Source: Acidobacteriota bacterium (GTDB lineage: Bacteria; Acidobacteriota; Thermoanaerobaculia; Gp7-AA8). Taken from it: a DNA stretch of 64,000 nt. Below are positions 58,648 through 64,000 of this stretch, one piece after another. The notes beneath the pieces are model-generated. The model worked only from the letters and a program-made list of their open reading frames with translations. It was not told the DNA's origin and searched no databases. Each line of letters opens with the position of its first letter. The stretch's first letter is position 1. The stretch is from the NCBI GenBank assembly GCA_021781455.1, contig JAJXWV010000041.1, forward strand, positions 75,484 through 139,483, in the 5' to 3' direction. A program made the position numbers and the translations under genes.

Positions 58648-59175
58648 GTGACTCTCAAAGAATCGGTCGAACCGCTGTTTACCCAGGAGGCGATCGCCCG
58701 CCGCATCGGCGAGCTCGCCATCGACATCCGCCGTGACGCCGGAGACGGCGAGGTCTTCCTCCTCGGCATTCTCAAAGGCGCCTCCTGCTTCCTGGCGGAT
58801 CTCATGCGCGCCATCCCAGGACCGGTGGGTTATGCCTACATTGACGTGGTCCGCGATCCGGCGGATACCGAGACCGCCACCGCTCTCGAGATCGACTTTC
58901 TCAGCCACACCGATATCTCGGGCCGCTCCGTTTACGTGCTCAAGGACGTGATCTCGACCGGGGTCATCGAGAACTACCTTCTCGCGCAGCTGCGCCTGCA
59001 CAACCCCGCCTCGCTGAAGCTGGTCGCCCTTCTCGACCGGCCGGAACTGCGCACCGTGGACATCGGGCCGGACTACCGCGCCTTCGAAGTCAAGGAAGGC
59101 CTCTACGCCGGGTACGGACTCGAGTTCGAGAATGCCTTCGGCAATCTCCCCTACATCGGCAAGATCCGGCGATAG
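58648..59175 (+). CDS. hpt: Hypoxanthine phosphoribosyltransferase-like protein, divergent motifs
   Basis: GILKGA..FLADL.R, GYGLE..NLPYIG; tilS-hpt-ftsH synteny. Confidence 0.8.
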   Translation: MTLKESVEPLFTQEAIARRIGELAIDIRRDAGDGEVFLLGILKGASCFLADLMRAIPGPVGYAYIDVVRDPADTETATALEIDFLSHTDISGRSVYVLKDVISTGVIENYLLAQLRLHNPASLKLVALLDRPELRTVDIGPDYRAFEVKEGLYAGYGLEFENAFGNLPYIGKIRR

Positions 59176-59244
59176 ATGACCGGAGGTGCGGCGTTCAGCC
59201 CGCCGCTCGGCAGCCTCCGGACCGGCCAGTGTTCTCCTTCAGCG

Positions 59245-59292
59245 GCCGGGCAGGATGCCCAGCCGCCGGCCGGCTGGAAGCCGGCACTCCGG
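59245..59292. repeat. REP-like palindromes (GCCGGCTGGAAGCCGGCACTCC)
   Basis: Two tandem units plus an inverted partner near 59180-59206. Confidence 0.65.
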
Positions 59293-59419
59293 TCCGAAAG
59301 CGGATCGGAGTCGGCCGTGCTCAACTCAGAATTCAACGGCTCTGGTCAGCGTTACGGTTCCGCGTTAGTGTACGAATGGCACGCGTGACGCATCGGCGTG
59401 CTCTTCTGGAGGCAATCCG

Positions 59420-61390
59420 TTGAATTCCACTGTCAAAACCGCGCTCCTCTGGGTGGTCATCATCGTTCTGGTGTTCCTCCTGTGGAGTCTGTTCCAGACG
59501 ACCAAGGGGACGAGTGAGCCGATCGCATTCAGCGCGTTCCTCGACAAGGTCAATTCGGGACAGGTCGAGAAGGTCACGATCCGCGGCGACGAAATCCGCG
59601 GCGATACGAAGGCCACCGCTCCGGGCGGCAAGCGTGAGTTCCACCTCAACGCCCCGTCCAACTACCCACAGATGTACGACCAGCTCCGCGCCAAGGGCGT
59701 CATCATGGAGTTCGAGCCGAAGGGCGACGCTCCATTCATCACCGCCCTGATCGGCTGGGCTCCGGTGCTCTTCCTCATCGGCCTCTGGATCTTCTTCATG
59801 CGCCAAATGCAGGCTGGCGGAAACAAGGCTCTGTCATTTGGCAAGTCGAAGGCGAAGCTCCTCACCGGAACCGCCAAAAAGGTTACCTTCAAGGACGTCG
59901 CCGGCGTCGACGAGGCGAAGCTCGAGCTGCACGAGATCATCGAGTTCCTCAAGGAGCCGCAGAAGTTCACGAAGCTCGGCGGCAAGATCCCGAAAGGCGT
60001 GCTGCTGATGGGGCCGCCGGGAACCGGCAAGACCCTTCTCGCGCGCGCCATCGCCGGCGAGGCGAACGCGCCCTTCTTCTCGATCTCCGGTTCGGATTTC
60101 GTCGAGATGTTCGTCGGCGTGGGAGCTTCGCGCGTCCGCGACCTTTTCGAACAGGGCAAGAAGAACGCGCCCTGCATCATCTTCATCGACGAGATCGATG
60201 CGGTCGGACGTCATCGCGGTGCGGGCCTGGGCGGCGGTCACGACGAGCGCGAGCAGACGCTCAACCAGCTCCTGGTGGAGATGGACGGCTTCGAGTCGAA
60301 CGACGGCGTGATTCTGGTCGCCGCCACCAACCGCCCCGACGTCCTCGATCCCGCGCTTCTCCGCCCGGGCCGCTTCGACCGGCGCGTCGTCGTCGATCTT
60401 CCCGATCTGAAGGGGCGCGAAGGAATCCTCCGCGTCCACACCCGAACCATCCCGCTGGCGGAGGACGTCGATCCGAGCATCCTCGCGCGCGGCACGCCTG
60501 GATTCTCGGGCGCCGACCTGGCGAACCTCGTCAACGAGGCGGCGCTCAACGCCGCGCGTTACGACAAGAAGAAAGTGCAGATGGTCGACTTCGAGTTCGC
60601 CAAGGACAAGGTCCTCATGGGCGTCGAGCGCAAGTCGATGGTCATGAGCGATCGCGAGAAGAAGAACACCTCCTACCACGAGTCGGGTCACACCATCGTG
60701 GCGGCGATCCTCCCGGCGGCCGACCCGCTGCACAAGGTCACGATCATTCCCCGCGGCCGCGCCCTCGGCCTCACGCAGCAGCTGCCCACTGAGGACAAGT
60801 ACTCGTATTCGAAGCGCTATCTCGAAGCGATGCTGGCCGTGCTGATGGGCGGACGCATCGCCGAAGAGGTCTTCCTCAACGAGATCACCACCGGCGCCGG
60901 CAACGACATCGAGCGTGCCACCGGCATGGCCCGGCGCATGGTCTGCGAATGGGGCATGTCAGACCTTGGGCCGGTCACCTTCGGAAAGAAGGAAGAGGCC
61001 ATCTTTCTGGGGCGCGAGTTCGCCCAGCACCAGGACTTCTCCGAGGCCACGGCCATCGACATCGACAAGGAAGTGCGGCGCATTCTCGACAAGGCCTACA
61101 CCACGGCCAAGGAGATCATCGTCACGAACAAGACCGCCCTCGACAAGATCGCGCGCAAGCTCCTCGAGCGCGAGACGCTCGAAGGATGGGAAGTCAACCA
61201 GATCCTCGTCGAGGAGACGGGCGTCGACTACATCAAGCAGAAGGAGTACTACCCCGAAGAGGCGGCCCCCGGCGAGAAGATGACCATTGCGCCGGGATCC
61301 GGGCCGTCGACGGACGTGCAGTCGCCTGTTCCGACGCCGCCCGCGAACCCCAGCCCCGCCCCGGCGCCGGCTCCCGAGCGGAAGACTTAG
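59420..61390 (+). CDS. ftsH: ATP-dependent zinc metalloprotease FtsH
   Basis: Two TM helices, [29 protein letters not shown]. Confidence 0.98.
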   Translation: MNSTVKTALLWVVIIVLVFLLWSLFQTTKGTSEPIAFSAFLDKVNSGQVEKVTIRGDEIRGDTKATAPGGKREFHLNAPSNYPQMYDQLRAKGVIMEFEPKGDAPFITALIGWAPVLFLIGLWIFFMRQMQAGGNKALSFGKSKAKLLTGTAKKVTFKDVAGVDEAKLELHEIIEFLKEPQKFTKLGGKIPKGVLLMGPPGTGKTLLARAIAGEANAPFFSISGSDFVEMFVGVGASRVRDLFEQGKKNAPCIIFIDEIDAVGRHRGAGLGGGHDEREQTLNQLLVEMDGFESNDGVILVAATNRPDVLDPALLRPGRFDRRVVVDLPDLKGREGILRVHTRTIPLAEDVDPSILARGTPGFSGADLANLVNEAALNAARYDKKKVQMVDFEFAKDKVLMGVERKSMVMSDREKKNTSYHESGHTIVAAILPAADPLHKVTIIPRGRALGLTQQLPTEDKYSYSKRYLEAMLAVLMGGRIAEEVFLNEITTGAGNDIERATGMARRMVCEWGMSDLGPVTFGKKEEAIFLGREFAQHQDFSEATAIDIDKEVRRILDKAYTTAKEIIVTNKTALDKIARKLLERETLEGWEVNQILVEETGVDYIKQKEYYPEEAAPGEKMTIAPGSGPSTDVQSPVPTPPANPSPAPAPAPERKT

Positions 61391-61444
61391 GGCTATCCTT
61401 CGATATCCATGGAACGCCGGCTTCGTGCCGGCGTTTTCATCTTC

Positions 61445-61519
61445 GGCAATGACCGCCACCAGACCGAGCACGTCTTCTTCGTGATGAAAGACGGGCAGGT
61501 GTACAGAAACAACCGCTGA
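61445..61519 (+). pseudogene. Orphan 3' tail of an amidohydrolase gene
   Basis: HQTEHVFFVMKDGQVYRNNR* matches the V.FVMK.G.VY C-terminal strand of amidohydrolases. Confidence 0.55.
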
Positions 61520-61656
61520 AGTTCGCTGCGCAGATCCTGAACTTCACTTCCTCACGCCGAAGTATCTGCGGTTCAAATCCGCGGATACTTCCGCTGCTCC
61601 CTCGCTGCGCGCCTCCAGGAGACTTTCAGTGGTTAAGAAGGTTCGCGTGTTCGTTG

Positions 61657-61768
61657 CCCCTCTCCCCGCTGCGGCGGGGAGAAGGTGCCGAAGAGGGAGG
61701 GGTCTCCTTTGAACGCGAACGAAACCCCTCACCCCGGCCCTCTCCCCGCTGCGGCGGGGAGAGGGGGA
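61657..61768. repeat. REP-like CCCTCTCCC...GGGAGAGGG units
   Basis: CCCTCTCCCCGCTGCGGCGGGGAGA occurs twice; CCCTCACCCCGGCCCTCTCCC lead-in. Confidence 0.8.
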
Positions 61769-61838
61769 ACGATCGAACATCTCTTCTCGCGGATATCGCG
61801 TCCTCGCGAACCGAGTGCTCGGGATAGACTGAAAACCG

Positions 61839-62906
61839 ATGCGCAAACGCGTCTACGTCGCACACACCGGCGGCACGATCGGCATGCGCCGCACCGAGCA
61901 CGGATACGGCACCGAGCGCGGTTACCTGCAGCAGCAGATGGCGGAGATGCCCGAGCTGCGGAACGAATCCATGCCGGACGTGGATCTCCACGAGTACGAG
62001 CCGCTGCTCGATTCCTCGAACATGACGCCGCGCGACTGGATGAAGATCGCCTACGACATCGAGGAGCACTACGACGGGTACGAGGGATTCGTCGTTCTGC
62101 ACGGCACTGACACGATGGCGTACACGGCATCGGCCCTGCCGTTCATCCTCGGCGGGCTGGCCAAACCGGTCATCATCACCGGTTCGCAGATCCCGCTCTG
62201 CGAGATCAGGAACGACGCGCGAGAGAACCTCATCACCTCGCTCCTCATCGCATCGCAGTACGACATCCCGGAAGTCTGTCTCTATTTCGGCGGACGTCTG
62301 CTCCGCGGCTGCCGCGCCGTAAAGGTCAGCGCCAGCGGGTTTGCCGCGTTCGACTCACCGAACTTTCCGCCGCTCGGAAACGTCGGGATCGGAATCGACG
62401 TCGAATGGAATCTCGTGCGCCGCCCGAAAGAGGCCGAGATGCTCCGGGTCGAGGACCTCGGCGCTCCGGTCGTCTCGACGCTCCGGCTGTTTCCCGGCAT
62501 CTCGCCTGGTCTCGTCCGCAACGTGCTGCGCCCACCGCTGCAGGGGCTCGTCCTGGAGGCCTACGGCGTCGGCAACGGCCCTGATCAGGATTCCGAGTTC
62601 CTGCGCGTCGTGAACGAGGCGACCGCCCGCGGCGTGGTCATCGTCGACTGCACGCAATGCCTGGAAGGCTCGGTCGATCTCACCGAGTACGCCACCGGAT
62701 CGGCGCTGGCGAGCGCTGGCGTGATCAGCGGATTCGACATGACCAGCGAAGCGGCTCTCGCCAAGATGTACTACCTCTTCAGCCGCGGCGACTCACCCGA
62801 CCAGGTGAAGGCGACCATGCAGGATGACTTGCGCGGCGAGCTCACACCACGCGAGGTCAAGCACAGTCCGCACTCGCCAGGACGGTGGAAGACGGGGATC
62901 GCCTAA
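61839..62906 (+). CDS. ansA: Type I L-asparaginase
   Basis: HTGGTIGM, LDSSNM, HGTDTMAY, TGSQIP. Confidence 0.95.
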   Translation: MRKRVYVAHTGGTIGMRRTEHGYGTERGYLQQQMAEMPELRNESMPDVDLHEYEPLLDSSNMTPRDWMKIAYDIEEHYDGYEGFVVLHGTDTMAYTASALPFILGGLAKPVIITGSQIPLCEIRNDARENLITSLLIASQYDIPEVCLYFGGRLLRGCRAVKVSASGFAAFDSPNFPPLGNVGIGIDVEWNLVRRPKEAEMLRVEDLGAPVVSTLRLFPGISPGLVRNVLRPPLQGLVLEAYGVGNGPDQDSEFLRVVNEATARGVVIVDCTQCLEGSVDLTEYATGSALASAGVISGFDMTSEAALAKMYYLFSRGDSPDQVKATMQDDLRGELTPREVKHSPHSPGRWKTGIA

Positions 62907-63355
62907 ATCAGCCCCAGCCTCGTGCAGTGAATGTAATCCGTGTACACCGGCTCTTCTCCCCCGCTGCGGATGAGGCTCGCGATCTGGCCGCGGTGATAAC
63001 TGCCGTGGAGCGGGACATGCCAGAGCACGTCTTCCGCGCGGCTCGTCCACGCTTCGCCGCGCGTGTTGGTGTAGTGGATCTCCGCGTTCAAGTCGGCGGA
63101 AGCGAGAAAATCGCGCCACGCCGCCGGCAGCGGGTCGAGTTGCGCGGCACAGCTCTCCAGCGAGAATGCCGGCCAGACCGACATCTTCTGCGGTTCGCCG
63201 CGCAGACGCGACAGCCAAAGCCACTCGGTCGCCACGATGTGGCCCATGAGCTCCGTGCATCGCCGCGGCGCGTGCTCGGCCGTTCGAAGGCGGACCAGGT
63301 CCTCCCGGTTGGCCCAGTGGTCATAGGCGAGCAGGCGGGCGATGGCGTCTTTCAT
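62903..63355 (-). CDS. DinB family protein
   Basis: YDHWAN, GHIVATEWLW, HVPLHGSYHRGQI. Confidence 0.9.
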   Translation of the reverse strand: MKDAIARLLAYDHWANREDLVRLRTAEHAPRRCTELMGHIVATEWLWLSRLRGEPQKMSVWPAFSLESCAAQLDPLPAAWRDFLASADLNAEIHYTNTRGEAWTSRAEDVLWHVPLHGSYHRGQIASLIRSGGEEPVYTDYIHCTRLGLI

Positions 63356-63494
63356 GCTCTACGCATAGTAGCGCCGCCGAGGAAGTCCGGAGTGCTCGGT
63401 CCTGAGTGGGACGAGGCGACTCACGACTCAGGGCTGGCCACTGACAAATGCACCGTGCGTAGAGCCTCGCAGCGCGGCTGCTAGAATCGCGACA

Positions 63495-64000
63495 GTGGCC
63501 AAGAAACCCGCCTCCTTCTTCTCCTGCACCGAATGCGGATCCCAGTCGCCGAAGTGGCTCGGCCGCTGCCCTGACTGCAACGCCTGGAACTCGTTCATCC
63601 AGGAGGAGACCGCTCCGCCGTCGACACAGCCCTTCGCTCTGAGCTCCGCCACGGCGCCCACTCCGATCGACGCAGTGTCCGCGGATTCGGCTCCGCGAAT
63701 CTCCACGAACCTCGCCAACCTCGATCGCGTGCTCGGCGGCGGGCTGGTCATCGGCGGCGTCACGCTCGTCGGTGGAGAGCCGGGCGTCGGCAAGTCGACG
63801 CTCCTGCTGCAGGCCTGCGAAGAGCTGGCGAAACAAGGCCGCGTGCTCTACGTCTCCGGCGAGGAGTCGCCACGCCAGCTCGCCATGCGCGCAAAGCGGC
63901 TCGGCACGACGAATCCCAATATCCATGTCTACACCGAGACTTCGGTCGAGCGCATCGTCGCGGAGATCGAGAAGATGCGACCGGTCGCCGCGATCATCGA
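63495..64000 (+). CDS. radA: DNA repair protein RadA/Sms, 5' part
   Basis: CTECG..KWLGRCPDC, LDRVLGGG, GEPGVGKSTLLLQ, YVSGEES. Confidence 0.96.
   Translation, partial: MAKKPASFFSCTECGSQSPKWLGRCPDCNAWNSFIQEETAPPSTQPFALSSATAPTPIDAVSADSAPRISTNLANLDRVLGGGLVIGGVTLVGGEPGVGKSTLLLQACEELAKQGRVLYVSGEESPRQLAMRAKRLGTTNPNIHVYTETSVERIVAEIEKMRPVAAII

Noticed and set aside
63376..63400. GAGGAAGTCCGG resembling the RNase P RNA 5' motif
   Set aside because: Imperfect match, only ~140 bp of intergenic space and no 3' P4 partner.

Overview
High-GC bacterial chromosomal window. Gene content and protein style suggest Acidobacteriota, probably Thermoanaerobaculia (inference). Most of it is housekeeping: a TolC/Yip1/adaptor/ABC export operon, oppD/F, murJ, udk, rpsU-mutS2-dnaG-rpoD, nadA, an mglA-like GTPase, threonine synthase, lpdA-E1alpha(truncated)-E2-lipB::NUDIX-lipA, hemB, tilS-hpt-ftsH, ansA, radA and two tRNAs. 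An accessory stretch (~25.2-33.4 kb) ends at tRNA-Leu(TAA). Best leads: (1) a four-helix-bundle gene enclosed by inverted arrays of a 7-bp repeat sits inside the ABC operon, and five gene-free copies of the same inverted arrays, plus six other families of 7/8/9-mer inverted arrays, occupy gene junctions, which looks like an uncharacterised mobile cassette with non-autonomous derivatives; (2) a 162-bp MITE with a CTAG target, whose removal restores a hidden secreted 114-aa 8-Cys peptide gene coupled to a 796-aa exported protein; (3) a decayed duplicate of the tRNA-Leu promoter plus 5' half, ending in the anticodon loop, which bounds a 4.2-kb integrase-less island; (4) an E1alpha cut off at a heptamer element, with E1beta missing; (5) a LipB-NUDIX fusion and a motif-degenerate Hpt. 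All family assignments come from visual motif recognition; no searches were run.
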